Below are positions 18,314-27,786 of a stretch of DNA of 32,000 bases, piece by piece. Within the stretch, counting starts at the first letter, position 1, and each line of letters opens with the position of its first letter. The notes beneath the pieces are model-generated. The model was not told the DNA's origin, did not search any database, and saw only the letters and a list, made by a program, of their open reading frames with translations. The translations under genes were made by a program, and so were the position numbers. The DNA lies in sequence record CM128224.1; one strand, 5' to 3'.

Positions 18314-19468
18314 ATGTCAATTTTTTCATGGATTGAAGACGAAAAAAATTTAAAGTTACTTAACGCACCTAAATCCGGCCACCGCCCGGGAGATTTAAGC
18401 TTATGGATTCGGTGTGAAAACTGTGGAGTCATTTTATATATTAAACATTTACAACAAAATAAGCGAGTTTGTTTTGGATGTAATTACCATTTACAAATGA
18501 ACAGCATCGAGCGTATTGAGCGTTTTATTGATGCAGGTACTTGGAGGCCAATTAATGAAACACTATCGTCTTGTGACCCTTTAAAATTTAAAGATCAAAA
18601 AAAATATAGTGAAAGATTAAAAGAATCGCAAGAACAAACAGGATTACAGGATGCTATACAAACAGGAACTGGCTTTATAGAAGGTATTCCCATTGCTGTT
18701 GGAATTATGGATTTTACTTTTATGGGTGGAAGTATGGGTTCTGTTGTTGGAGAAAAAATTACTCGCTTAATAGAATATGCAACAGCACAAGGACTTACTT
18801 TAATAATATTTTGCGCGTCTGGTGGTGCCCGTATGCAAGAAGGCATCTTAAGTTTAATGCAAATGGCGAAAATATCTGCTGCGTTAAATGCTCACCAAAA
18901 TACTGCAAAACTTCTTTATATTCCAATATTAACTTCACCAACCACTGGTGGTGTTACAGCGAGTTTTGCGATGTTAGGTGATTTAATTTTTGCAGAACCA
19001 AGAGCCCTTATTGGGTTTGCCGGCCGTAGAGTTATTGAACAAACACTTCAAGAGCAATTACCAAAAGATTTTCAAACAGCAGAATATTTATTACATCACG
19101 GTTTAATAGATCTTATAGTTTCAAGGTTTTTTATAAAACAAGCAATTGCTGAAACAATTATTTTATATCAACAAGCTCCAACAAAAGAATTAGGGCTTCT
19201 TGCTTTTAAAGAGCGTCATCGTTTAACAATTTCTCAAGAAGAGCAATTACGACGTTTAGTAGAGAATTCATCCAACTTAAATTTTAGTGGTTTAATGAAA
19301 TCGTTTTTTCATTTAGTTACTGGTAAAAAAGAAGAAAAAACAGGATTATTAAAATTAAAACCTTTGCCGTTTAGTAAAGCTTTTAAAAAAGTTCCTAAAG
19401 TTAATAAGTATAAACGTGTTAAATTTTTAATTCCGAAAACTCCTAAATCTGATATAATTGATGTGTAA
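18314..19468 (+). CDS. accD: Acetyl-CoA carboxylase carboxyltransferase beta subunit, with a Lys-rich C-terminal tail
   Basis: 384-aa ORF. Zn-ribbon CENCGVILYIKHLQQNKRVCFGCNYH. Conserved FMGGSMGSVVGEKITRLIE, SGGARMQEG and LGDLIFAEPRALIGFAGRRVIEQT. Confidence 0.95.
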   Translation: MSIFSWIEDEKNLKLLNAPKSGHRPGDLSLWIRCENCGVILYIKHLQQNKRVCFGCNYHLQMNSIERIERFIDAGTWRPINETLSSCDPLKFKDQKKYSERLKESQEQTGLQDAIQTGTGFIEGIPIAVGIMDFTFMGGSMGSVVGEKITRLIEYATAQGLTLIIFCASGGARMQEGILSLMQMAKISAALNAHQNTAKLLYIPILTSPTTGGVTASFAMLGDLIFAEPRALIGFAGRRVIEQTLQEQLPKDFQTAEYLLHHGLIDLIVSRFFIKQAIAETIILYQQAPTKELGLLAFKERHRLTISQEEQLRRLVENSSNLNFSGLMKSFFHLVTGKKEEKTGLLKLKPLPFSKAFKKVPKVNKYKRVKFLIPKTPKSDIIDV

Positions 19469-19532
19469 TACATATTTTAATTTATACCAAAAGTATTATT
19501 ATTTTTTTGAGCTTTTTATTTTCTAAGTACTT

Positions 19533-19578
19533 GATTTTTTTGTTGTTATGGAGTATTTTACATAACAACAAAAAAATC
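19533..19578 (+). terminator. 18-bp perfect stem-loop downstream of accD
   Basis: gatttttttgttgttatg (19533-19550) and cataacaacaaaaaaatc (19561-19578) are exact complements with a 10-nt loop. Confidence 0.65.
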
Positions 19579-19722
19579 TATGAACTATTCGTATTGTATA
19601 AACATAATAATATATTATTATTATTGTATTAATTGTATTAATATTATTATGTTTATTAAATTCATCAAAGTCTAAAATGCTTCTATGAACTTTATGGTTC
19701 AATATCAATTCAATAATATTTA

Positions 19723-19795
19723 AGCCTCTTACCGGATTTGAACCGATGACTTTCTACTTACCATGCAGATACTCTACCAACTGAGTTAAAAAGGC
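19723..19795 (-). tRNA. trnT: tRNA-Thr(GGU)
   Basis: Reverse complement: GCCTTTT TA ACTC AGTTGGTA GAGT A TCTGC ATGGTAA GTAGA AAGTC ATCGG TTCAAAT CCGGT AAGAGGC T. Confidence 0.88.
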
Positions 19796-20014
19796 ATTTT
19801 ATTTAGAATAAAGTTACTTATTAAATTTCTAAGAAAGGTTGCTTTTACTTTTTTTAGTATATAAATATAATATTAAATAAATTTAGTATTATATATCATT
19901 TAGATAAAAACAAATTATAATAAATTATTAACAAAAAAATTTTTATGTACACAAATATTAATATAATAATTGATATTTTATTTTATTACAAACCTAAATA
20001 TAACAGTTGAATTT

Positions 20015-23000
20015 ATGGATAAAAAACAATGGGAACGTTTTGAAAATATAATTAAAACGCGTTTTTCGCCTGAACAAATCTTAAGATTAAATCGAATATC
20101 ATTAAAAAAATATTTGATTGCAAAAAATGAGGCTGAGATGAAAAGAATTTGGGAATTCCGTTTATCTCTTCTTAATTCATCGAAATATAGCATTCAAACT
20201 TCTCAATCTTTTCAAAATTATAAAGTATTATTATTATTGAAAAATTATACCAAACACGTTGGAGTATTGTGTCTTTATTATTTTACACCAGGTTGGTACA
20301 TATTAGGTTTTATTCGAACAATAAAAGCTAAAAATCTTAGGATTTTAACAACAATAAAGTGGGAATTATATGTCTATAATCATAGACTTACAATGAACAG
20401 AAAACTCAGATCAATTGAAGTGGATCAGGGGCTTATTCTCAGTTTATTTCCGTTTACGTTTTCAGCTATACAATATATTGTTGTTCGATTTAAGCCACAC
20501 CTTCATCCTAATGTTTTAGAGCACACGTTACCTATTTTTAGTTATCCTATACAAACTATAAAATGGGAAACATTAATGTTATCAGATGATGCTCAAGAAA
20601 TATTAGTCAAAGAGCAAAATAAAATGGGTGTTTTCGATGAGTATCTTTTAATTCACCGAAAAAACAAGTTAAAATTATTTGGAAATACTCGCTGGTTGGA
20701 TTATATATTAGTACCAGAAGTTGAGGCAAATAAAAGTATACAAGAAGCATTTTTAGATTTAGATAATCTCCCCAAAAAGTTAGCTAGTGCAAAAGAAGTG
20801 ACTTATGAGTACCCGAATATTAAAAATTATATTCAATTTTTAGATTCGGAGGTTCCGCTATCATATAAACAAAGCGCGATTAATAAACGTGAGTTATACC
20901 AAACTCGAGTAAATTTTAATTACTTGGTTCGGGCATATTATCGAAATTTTTTATATGGTGTGAACGAAGACTTAATCAGCCTCTTTAATAAATTACAAAA
21001 AAAAGCTCAAAAGGTAAAAACACGGCGCGGGCCATCAAAAAAATATAGCACCGGTATAAAAAAAGTGAGTTCTGTTCGAGAATTTGCTAGTATAGCTGAT
21101 TTAGAAAAATTTGAAAATAGATTTAAATTTACTGAAGATGTTGAAGTAGCTAATTTAGATAAAACTAAATCTATTAAATCCCTTGAAACAGATTTGCAGG
21201 TTGATGAATTAAATGAGGAATTAGATTTTGAGGATGATTATTTGAATGATGAGTATGAGGATTTATTTGAAGAGAATTTTAGTCTACAATCAAATGAGTA
21301 TTATCAAAATCATTTTTTTAAAGAAGACAATTCTGAAGATAATTCTAGCAATGAAGGTCTTTCTACAGTAAAAAAAAGTGTTGAAAAAAATACTCAAGAT
21401 AAAGTTAACGAAAATACAAAAAGTGTTAAAAACAAAAATACTAAGAAAGATTTTTATACACTTTATGCCGAACTTGGGGAATTATTGTCAGAAATTTCAA
21501 TTGAAGAGACAAATATAGATATTGAAAATAGTAGTACTACTAATACCAATATTGATGAAACTTCTTTAAATGACCAAAATATTTTATTACCTGAATTACG
21601 GGGTGCAGGTAATAAAAAAAAAGGCGGTAAAATAAAAGGATTAAGCGAGAAAGAGGCTGCTGAAGTAATTTCAACTCTTAATACTTTTTATCGGGAAGAT
21701 AAAAATTTATTTAGAAATTGTGAATTTGAAGATCATGGTTTTTCTATACCAATAACACCACGTAAAATGTCAGGTTATGTTTACCCGGATACACCTACAA
21801 ACGAATTAATCTTATTACGTCTAAGAGAATTTTTATTAAAAAATGAAACAAAAACAACTCTTAGAGTTGATCTCCCTCCTAATTTTGTTTTTATTAAAAC
21901 GTACCCAGTAAAATACCCAGATGCTCCAAATCCTAAAAACCTTCTCGTTGCTACAGCAGCTATGGATCTAACACCAGAGCAACTAAAAGCGTATAAAGAA
22001 CGTCAAAAAGAACGCCAAAAAGAGCAACAAAAGGGTGGTGATCAGGATGATCTTAGTTTAATTAATCAATTAGACACTAAATTTTATGTAGATCTTGATC
22101 CGGAGGATCCTGAACCAGAAGTTCAACCTACTGATCCACGGGCTGAGAAGGTTTTAGAAGATGATTATAGAGGTCCTGCTATACTTGTAAATGAAAATAA
22201 TGATATACGTGTTATATCTAAAATTGACGATACAAAGCCATTTATATCCAAAACAGACGGTTCAGCCCCAATACTTAATGTTTCTTTAAATTATTATTTA
22301 GGGGTATTAAATAATAATAAAATTTTAAAATTTATTGATACAAAATCATCACAATCAAGTTCTAATATTTCACAACCTGAAACTAATAATAGTGTGTCAA
22401 CTGATTTAGCAGTAACGGATCTAGAAAATAAAATTACAGATACCAAGTCTTTAGACAATATCACGCTACACAATCCAGTGAATGATACTCAGTCAAATGT
22501 AGAAAGTATGATTGATGATAAAGAAAAATCTAATAAACAGAAAGATTTTTCTAAAGATGAAATTCCTTCCGGGGAAGAAACTAAAGATTCTATTTTGGTT
22601 GAGCCTAATGTTGTAAAATCTTGGGTAACTAATTATCACTCACCTGATAACCCTATTGTACCAAAAAATCTTATGTATTCTCCATATAATTTAATGAAAT
22701 GGCATGGGCTACAAGCTTTTGACAAAGCATTAAATGACGATTTGACAAATGTTCCAATTCATCGAGCTGAATTTGAAGTCCTTAACAAAGAGTATACATA
22801 CGCTATACGTAAAAAACCTTATAATAAACGATGGTTTGTTTTTCCATTTTTACCGGATTATTACGACCCTGAAGGAAAACAAACGAAAGAGTTACCTTTT
22901 TCAACAAAATCAAACCTTTTTGTTGTTGCGTTGAGTCCAGAAAGTTGGGAAGACCGCTATGCATCAAGTGACGTAGTAGCGCCTGCTATTGCAAAAGATG

Positions 23001-25843
23001 CCATTAAAGATATAGAACAGTTTGAAAATTATGAGTATGAAAAAAAACGATCTGTTCGTGAATTAACTGGCTACGCAATAACAAACATACCAACAACTAA
23101 AGTTTATTATCCAACAGGTAACAATAAACCAAAACTTAATTTTGGGCTTGTTAATGAATTAGATTATAACTTTAGTCCGTTTGCTGTTTCTTTATTTAAT
23201 AAAATTGCTTTAGCAACAGAGAATCCACACATAGAACAAACTCTATGTGAAGAAGAATTTGGTAGAATTCTTTCACCGGGTATTTATAAAACTGTTTCGA
23301 AAAATGGGGATGCTTGGGAGATAGATATAAGTGTTTGGGAGCCATTAACTACAAACTCATGGTTAGTTGTTTCACAAATCGGTTTTAGTTATATCTTCTT
23401 TATAGTATTAAAAGAAACAATGATGAATTACGGACGTGAATTTTTAGCATACTTACTTGAGATTTTTAATACAACCGGTTTTTTACCTCCTATGATGTTT
23501 GATGAATTAAAAATTTTACTGGGGGAAAAAGAGACCGGTTTCCGTGTTGCAAAAGATTTTACCAAAGGATTTAAAGATGTTGTTGATATTGCTTCATTAG
23601 CTGATGAATTATTAGACACACTTTTATATTTACGTGGAATGATAACAAATCCTGCTCTGGCACAACGTGCACAAAGTTTATTATTAGTAGGTCCTCCGGG
23701 TACAGGAAAAACTTTATTAGTTCATGCATTAGCTCACGAAGCAAAAGTCCCTGTTCTCACATTAACGGCCAAAGGAAGTAAAGAGCCTGCAGCCTTTGAG
23801 CGTTTATTTACAGAAGCTCATAAACTATCACCGTGTATTGTATTTCTTGATGAAGTAGATTCAATCGCATCTGTACGATCTGGTATGGATCCTTCTGAAC
23901 ATTTGATGAAAGTCATTCGTCAAGGTTTAGATAGTTCGTCTAATTTAGCTAGAAGATCCAGAACCGATAATGCAGTTCCTGAAATGTCAACTATTATGGG
24001 CGATCTGCATCCACGAATTTTACAAAATAAAGAAATGTTCCACATGGTGGTTAATAGAGATGTTCAAAATCATATAATTAAAAAAAATGATGATGAATAT
24101 TATAGGGTTGGGTTACTTTTAAAATTATTAACAGAGTTAGATGGTATTGAGAGTCGTGATGGCATTGTTATTATCGGTGCTACAAATAGACTTGACGTTT
24201 TAGATCCAGCTTTACTCCGACCGGGGCGTTTTATACGTAAAGTGAGATTAGGTTTACCAAATAAAAACAAACGGTTACAACTTTTTAAACATTATAGTTA
24301 TATGTTAGGAAGTGATGCTAATATTCCATGGGATTATTTAGTAAAAGTAACATATGGTTTTAGTGCGGCAGATATTTCAACAATAATGAATGAATCTGGC
24401 TTAAAAGCAATAGCTCAAGCTAGCCATCATACATTAGAGACTATTGAACACGGTATTGATCGACTTACTACTACTTCGGTTGCAAGGGGCGTTGCAAAAG
24501 ATACTAAAAACCCTAAAGCTAGAAAAGAATTTTTATTTTCCACTGCCCGGAGTGCTTATTATCAAGCAGCTAAAGCTCTTGTTGGAACTCTTTTAAAATA
24601 CCACCCACCGGTGATAGTGGTTCATCTTTGGTATCGTCACTATAGCGTGCGTTATAATCAAATACAACGTACTGTACAATTAGAATGGTTAAAGTATGTT
24701 TGTCGTGGAGAACTAGAACATAGAATCATTGGAACATATGCTGGTAAAGCAGGGGAATATCTTTTTTTACAAGATCAAGGTGATTTTATAGATATATCTG
24801 ATAATTCGAATATTGGGGCACAAGATTGGTCTATTGGGCAATCATTAGTTAAACTTCTCGTAGAAAATTGGTATATGTATACGGAAACTATGTTACTTCG
24901 AGAACCATTGCCATTAAAACGAAATTTTAACTCAATGGAACATAACGACGTTAGAGAACAATATTTATACGAATTTGCTCAAACGTATGAAAAAACCCCA
25001 ACAGCAGCGAAGTTATTACACGGTAAAGCCCCACAAACAAGGTTTCCTGAAAAATGGTGGCATTTGAAACTTTATCAAAAATATTTAAACGGTGAAATTC
25101 AAAAATGGAGTTCAATTTATGTTCCAAACCCTGAAGAATGGAAATTTAATCCTTACTGGGTAGGGCCAGATCGAACATTTCATCAAAATACCATTGCAGC
25201 AAATATAGGTAAGTTTGAAAAACTAAAACATATGGCAATGTTAACTCGTGATTATAAAATGCATTCTATTATAATGGAATCTTTTAATTTAGCATTTTTA
25301 ATTGTAACTGAGTACAGAGAATTACTTGATCAACTTGCATATGAATTGTTACATAATGAAATTTTACGTGAACATACTATTTATGAAATTTTTTCTAATT
25401 TTGGGTTTGATTGTGAAAATCTAAAAGAAGACTTACGGAAGGCTCCTAAAATGAATCCTTTACCAGAAGATTTTAAAATTTTATATCCTTCGTGGGGTTT
25501 AAATTCAGATAAACCTACAATTCGTTGGGTTGATATTGCTGCAATTCTTAATCCAGATAGTGTAGCTGAAGAAAATAATGATGAAGCTAACGTAACGACT
25601 GATGATTTGGAAAATACTAAGAAAAATAAAGGTAATACTGAGAATTCAGAAATTAATGAAATAACGTATAGTAATAGTGACGAATTAGGTGAAGAAGATG
25701 AGGAAGATGAGGAAATGCAACAGGAAAAAGTTATAGATATATTGGGGACTTTCTATAGTGACATAATTAGACCAAACCCGTTTAATTCGAACACTAATAA
25801 GGAAGATCAAGATCTTGATTCAAATCTAACTACTGAAAATTAA
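20015..25843 (+). CDS. ftsH: Giant FtsH-like AAA+ protein (the chlorophyte plastid ftsH / Ycf2-type ORF) lacking the Zn-protease motif
   Basis: The first ATG is at 20015 (the ORF-track start at 19970 is TTG). Predicted TM segment WLVVSQIGFSYIFFIVL. Walker A GPPGTGKT (23690-23713). Walker B IVFLDEVDS. SRH IGATNRLDVLDPALLRPGRF. The position homologous to FtsH AYHEAGHALVG reads AYYQAAKALVG (YQAAK at 24560-24574). Long acidic and low-complexity N- and C-terminal regions. Confidence 0.85.
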   Translation: MDKKQWERFENIIKTRFSPEQILRLNRISLKKYLIAKNEAEMKRIWEFRLSLLNSSKYSIQTSQSFQNYKVLLLLKNYTKHVGVLCLYYFTPGWYILGFIRTIKAKNLRILTTIKWELYVYNHRLTMNRKLRSIEVDQGLILSLFPFTFSAIQYIVVRFKPHLHPNVLEHTLPIFSYPIQTIKWETLMLSDDAQEILVKEQNKMGVFDEYLLIHRKNKLKLFGNTRWLDYILVPEVEANKSIQEAFLDLDNLPKKLASAKEVTYEYPNIKNYIQFLDSEVPLSYKQSAINKRELYQTRVNFNYLVRAYYRNFLYGVNEDLISLFNKLQKKAQKVKTRRGPSKKYSTGIKKVSSVREFASIADLEKFENRFKFTEDVEVANLDKTKSIKSLETDLQVDELNEELDFEDDYLNDEYEDLFEENFSLQSNEYYQNHFFKEDNSEDNSSNEGLSTVKKSVEKNTQDKVNENTKSVKNKNTKKDFYTLYAELGELLSEISIEETNIDIENSSTTNTNIDETSLNDQNILLPELRGAGNKKKGGKIKGLSEKEAAEVISTLNTFYREDKNLFRNCEFEDHGFSIPITPRKMSGYVYPDTPTNELILLRLREFLLKNETKTTLRVDLPPNFVFIKTYPVKYPDAPNPKNLLVATAAMDLTPEQLKAYKERQKERQKEQQKGGDQDDLSLINQLDTKFYVDLDPEDPEPEVQPTDPRAEKVLEDDYRGPAILVNENNDIRVISKIDDTKPFISKTDGSAPILNVSLNYYLGVLNNNKILKFIDTKSSQSSSNISQPETNNSVSTDLAVTDLENKITDTKSLDNITLHNPVNDTQSNVESMIDDKEKSNKQKDFSKDEIPSGEETKDSILVEPNVVKSWVTNYHSPDNPIVPKNLMYSPYNLMKWHGLQAFDKALNDDLTNVPIHRAEFEVLNKEYTYAIRKKPYNKRWFVFPFLPDYYDPEGKQTKELPFSTKSNLFVVALSPESWEDRYASSDVVAPAIAKDAIKDIEQFENYEYEKKRSVRELTGYAITNIPTTKVYYPTGNNKPKLNFGLVNELDYNFSPFAVSLFNKIALATENPHIEQTLCEEEFGRILSPGIYKTVSKNGDAWEIDISVWEPLTTNSWLVVSQIGFSYIFFIVLKETMMNYGREFLAYLLEIFNTTGFLPPMMFDELKILLGEKETGFRVAKDFTKGFKDVVDIASLADELLDTLLYLRGMITNPALAQRAQSLLLVGPPGTGKTLLVHALAHEAKVPVLTLTAKGSKEPAAFERLFTEAHKLSPCIVFLDEVDSIASVRSGMDPSEHLMKVIRQGLDSSSNLARRSRTDNAVPEMSTIMGDLHPRILQNKEMFHMVVNRDVQNHIIKKNDDEYYRVGLLLKLLTELDGIESRDGIVIIGATNRLDVLDPALLRPGRFIRKVRLGLPNKNKRLQLFKHYSYMLGSDANIPWDYLVKVTYGFSAADISTIMNESGLKAIAQASHHTLETIEHGIDRLTTTSVARGVAKDTKNPKARKEFLFSTARSAYYQAAKALVGTLLKYHPPVIVVHLWYRHYSVRYNQIQRTVQLEWLKYVCRGELEHRIIGTYAGKAGEYLFLQDQGDFIDISDNSNIGAQDWSIGQSLVKLLVENWYMYTETMLLREPLPLKRNFNSMEHNDVREQYLYEFAQTYEKTPTAAKLLHGKAPQTRFPEKWWHLKLYQKYLNGEIQKWSSIYVPNPEEWKFNPYWVGPDRTFHQNTIAANIGKFEKLKHMAMLTRDYKMHSIIMESFNLAFLIVTEYRELLDQLAYELLHNEILREHTIYEIFSNFGFDCENLKEDLRKAPKMNPLPEDFKILYPSWGLNSDKPTIRWVDIAAILNPDSVAEENNDEANVTTDDLENTKKNKGNTENSEINEITYSNSDELGEEDEEDEEMQQEKVIDILGTFYSDIIRPNPFNSNTNKEDQDLDSNLTTEN

Positions 25844-25885
25844 AAGATTTGAATTAAAAACATGAGTTTTTAATTCAAATCTTTT
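25842..25885 (+). terminator. 20-bp perfect stem-loop starting within the ftsH-like stop codon
   Basis: aaaagatttgaattaaaaac (25842-25861) atga gtttttaattcaaatctttt (25866-25885). Confidence 0.75.
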
Positions 25886-25935
25886 AGTAAATTAGAAACT
25901 AGAGATCTAAAATAGTTAATAATATTTGGTTAAGA

Positions 25936-26016
25936 TGCTGCTAACCGGACTTGAACCGGTATAGATTTCTCTGTAACTTTTTGAAAGTTATGTGTCTACC
26001 ATTTCACCATAGCAGC
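25936..26016 (-). tRNA. trnL: tRNA-Leu(CAA)
   Basis: Reverse complement: GCTGCTA TG GTG AAATGGTAGA CAC A TAACT TTCAAAA AGTTA CAGAGAAATCTAT ACCGG TTCAAGT CCGGT TAGCAGC A. Confidence 0.9.
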
Positions 26017-26024
26017 GATTTCAG

Positions 26025-26078
26025 ATTTGTTTTTATACTATTGCAAATTCAATAATTTGCAATAGTATAAAAACAAAT
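26025..26078 (-). terminator. 25-bp perfect stem-loop downstream of psbJ (end of the psbEFLJ cluster)
   Basis: atttgtttttatactattgcaaatt (26025-26049) caat aatttgcaatagtataaaaacaaat (26054-26078). Confidence 0.75.
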
Positions 26079-26095
26079 TAACTTCTAATTTAATT

Positions 26096-26224
26096 TTACA
26101 ATGATGAACCTAATCCTACATAAGATCCATAAAAAAATGTTCCTAATAACCCCAATACAACAACTCCCCCAACAGTTCCAATAAACCATAATGGAATACG
26201 ACCGGTTGTGCTAGTATTAGACAT
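26096..26224 (-). CDS. psbJ: Photosystem II protein J, 42 aa; not in ORF track
   Basis: Hand translation of the minus strand gives [42 protein letters not shown]. Confidence 0.92.
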   Translation of the reverse strand: MSNTSTTGRIPLWFIGTVGGVVVLGLLGTFFYGSYVGLGSSL

Positions 26225-26335
26225 AAAAAAATCTCCTTTTTTTTAAAGGACCCCAATAAAGTACTAACTGGGGTTAATTTGTGAATTAATACGTCAATTT
26301 TACTAAAAAATATAAGTAATAATTAATAAAATAAA

Positions 26336-26452
26336 CTAATTGAAAATATAACTTGAAAACAAAACTGCTAATACAAAAATTAATAATAATCCCCAGTATA
26401 AACTGGTTCTATTTAATTCTACAGTTTGTTTATTAGGATTTGGTTTTGCCAT
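26336..26452 (-). CDS. psbL: Photosystem II protein L, 38 aa; not in ORF track
   Basis: Hand translation gives [38 protein letters not shown]. It has a genomic ATG start. Confidence 0.92.
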
Positions 26453-26500
26453 AAAATAATATAACCTTTTTCAATTTTACCTAAATAATATAAATATTAT

Positions 26501-26626
26501 TTAACGTTGAATAAATTGCATAGCCGTAATAGCACCTAAAAAGAAAACTGTAGGTACTGCTAATGCGTGTATAGCAAGCCAACGTACAGTAAAAATAGGA
26601 TAAGTATAGGATTTTCTTGCTGTCAT
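26501..26626 (-). CDS. psbF: Cytochrome b559 beta subunit, 41 aa; not in ORF track
   Basis: Hand translation gives [41 protein letters not shown]. Confidence 0.93.
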   Translation of the reverse strand: MTARKSYTYPIFTVRWLAIHALAVPTVFFLGAITAMQFIQR

Positions 26627-26653
26627 ATGATAAAAATTCTAATTATTCTTTAA

Positions 26654-26679
26654 AATTAGAAATTTTTAAATTTCTAATT
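26654..26679 (-). repeat. 12-bp hairpin in the 66-nt psbE-psbF spacer
   Basis: aattagaaattt (26654-26665) tt aaatttctaatt (26668-26679). Confidence 0.5.
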
Positions 26680-26692
26680 TAAAGGTATTTGT

Positions 26693-26944
26693 TTAATTAA
26701 CTTGAGATAATTGTTTTACTTGATCTAAAGCGTTAAAACGATCCGTAATGAGTGGGGTTTCTTGTCGATCTTCAGTAAAATACTCACTTGGTCTTGGACT
26801 GCCAAAAATATCATAAGCAAGACCTGTACTCACAAATAACCACCCGGCAATAAATAAAGACGGAATGGTAATACTGTGAATTACCCAGTAACGAATACTG
26901 GTTAAAACATCAGAAAAAGGGCGTTCTCCTGTAGCACCAGACAT
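26693..26944 (-). CDS. psbE: Cytochrome b559 alpha subunit
   Basis: 83-aa [55 protein letters not shown]. Confidence 0.98.
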   Translation of the reverse strand: MSGATGERPFSDVLTSIRYWVIHSITIPSLFIAGWLFVSTGLAYDIFGSPRPSEYFTEDRQETPLITDRFNALDQVKQLSQVN

Positions 26945-27062
26945 GCTATAACTCCTTATAATTTTTTTACTATAACAAAAAGTTTTTTCTTTCTTTTTTT
27001 AGTATACCAATTTTTTCAAAGAGCTTCAAAGTTTTCAAATTGTTTTAATTCATTTTTATATT

Positions 27063-27136
27063 TGGCGAACGACGGGGTTTGAACCCGCGAGTGATGGAGT
27101 CACAGTCCATTGCCTTACCACTTGGCTACGCCCGCC
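27063..27136 (-). tRNA. trnH: tRNA-His(GUG) with genome-encoded G-1
   Basis: Reverse complement: G GCGGGCG TA GCC AAGTGGTAA GGC A ATGGA CTGTGAC TCCAT CACTC GCGGG TTCAAAC CCCGT CGTTCGC C. The extra 5' G lies opposite discriminator C. Confidence 0.9.
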
Positions 27137-27149
27137 ATGTATTAATTGG

Positions 27150-27220
27150 AGCGGATAGCGGGAATTGAACCCGCACCTCTTGCTTGGAAGGCAAGGGCAC
27201 TACCTTTATGCAATATCCGC
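27150..27220 (-). tRNA. trnG: tRNA-Gly(UCC), intron-less
   Basis: Reverse complement: GCGGATA TT GCAT AAAGGTA GTGC C CTTGC CTTCCAA GCAAG AGGT GCGGG TTCAATT CCCGC TATCCGC T. Confidence 0.9.
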
Positions 27221-27376
27221 TTCTTTTTTTAATATATATATATTTGTATTAAAAACTACATTTTTAAAAAATCCTAAAAATGTTTAATACTCTCTACTCC
27301 TCAAGTATACTAATTAATAGTTGTTACGATAAAATTAATTAGTTAAAAAATTTTAAAATTTTAGGAAATCAAAGCT

Positions 27377-27565
27377 ATGCTTTCAATTTTTCAATTAGTA
27401 TTATTTAGTTTAATTTTACTATCTTTTTTCTTAGTGGTTGGTGTACCTGTTGTTTTAGCTTTACCAGATGGCTGGGGTGAAAACAAACGTCTTGTTTTTT
27501 CAGGTCTTGGGGTTTGGTTAATACTTGTATTTGCTGTAGGTATTTTAAATTCATTTGTAATTTAA
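27377..27565 (+). CDS. psbZ: Photosystem II protein Z (Ycf9)
   Basis: 62-aa [65 protein letters not shown]. This is the typical PsbZ pattern. Confidence 0.93.
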   Translation: MLSIFQLVLFSLILLSFFLVVGVPVVLALPDGWGENKRLVFSGLGVWLILVFAVGILNSFVI

Positions 27566-27568
27566 TGC

Positions 27569-27605
27569 AATCTTAAACGTTACTTATTTAGTAACGTTTA
27601 AGATT
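27569..27605 (+). terminator. 16-bp perfect stem-loop right after psbZ
   Basis: aatcttaaacgttact (27569-27584) tattt agtaacgtttaagatt (27590-27605). Confidence 0.7.
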
Positions 27606-27655
27606 TTTATTAATTGATTTTTTAAATATATAAAGGTTAAAATATATACTAATTA

Positions 27656-27727
27656 GGGTTACTAACTCAATGGTAGAGTATTCGGCTTTTAACCGACAAG
27701 CTCCGGGTTCAAATCCCGGGTAACCCA
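27656..27727 (+). tRNA. trnK: tRNA-Lys(UUU), intron-less (no matK)
   Basis: GGGTTAC TA ACTC AATGGTA GAGT A TTCGG CTTTTAA CCGAC AAGCT CCGGG TTCAAAT CCCGG GTAACCC A. Confidence 0.88.
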
Positions 27728-27786
27728 TTAAAAATTTCTTAAAAATTTTGTTTTAAAATTATATAATTTTTAGTTAATAAAGCCTA

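Noticed and set aside
18238-18846. Minus-strand ORFs 18238-18432 and 18595-18846
   Set aside because: They are antisense to the accD start region and the accD core. No supporting motifs.
19523-19708. 61-aa minus-strand ORF in the accD-trnT spacer
   Set aside because: It is extremely AT-rich and low-complexity (Ile/Asn/Tyr/Thr runs). It spans the accD 3' hairpin and resembles no known plastid gene.
21998-22033. Three imperfect 12-nt tandem units (gaacgtcaaaaa / gaacgccaaaaa / gagcaacaaaag) encoding ERQKERQKEQQK
   Set aside because: This is a simple in-frame micro-repeat within a low-complexity region of the ftsH-like ORF and is probably replication slippage. It is not an array of any functional type I can support.
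19978-23619. ORFs 19978-20193 (-), 22749-22934 (+) and 23428-23619 (-)
   Set aside because: They are nested within or antisense to the ftsH-like ORF and have no independent support.
27147-27149. Genome-encoded CCA after the discriminator base of trnG(UCC)
   Set aside because: Plastid tRNA genes normally lack encoded CCA, but a 3-nt match is expected by chance about once in 64 genes. None of the other 11 tRNAs here has it.
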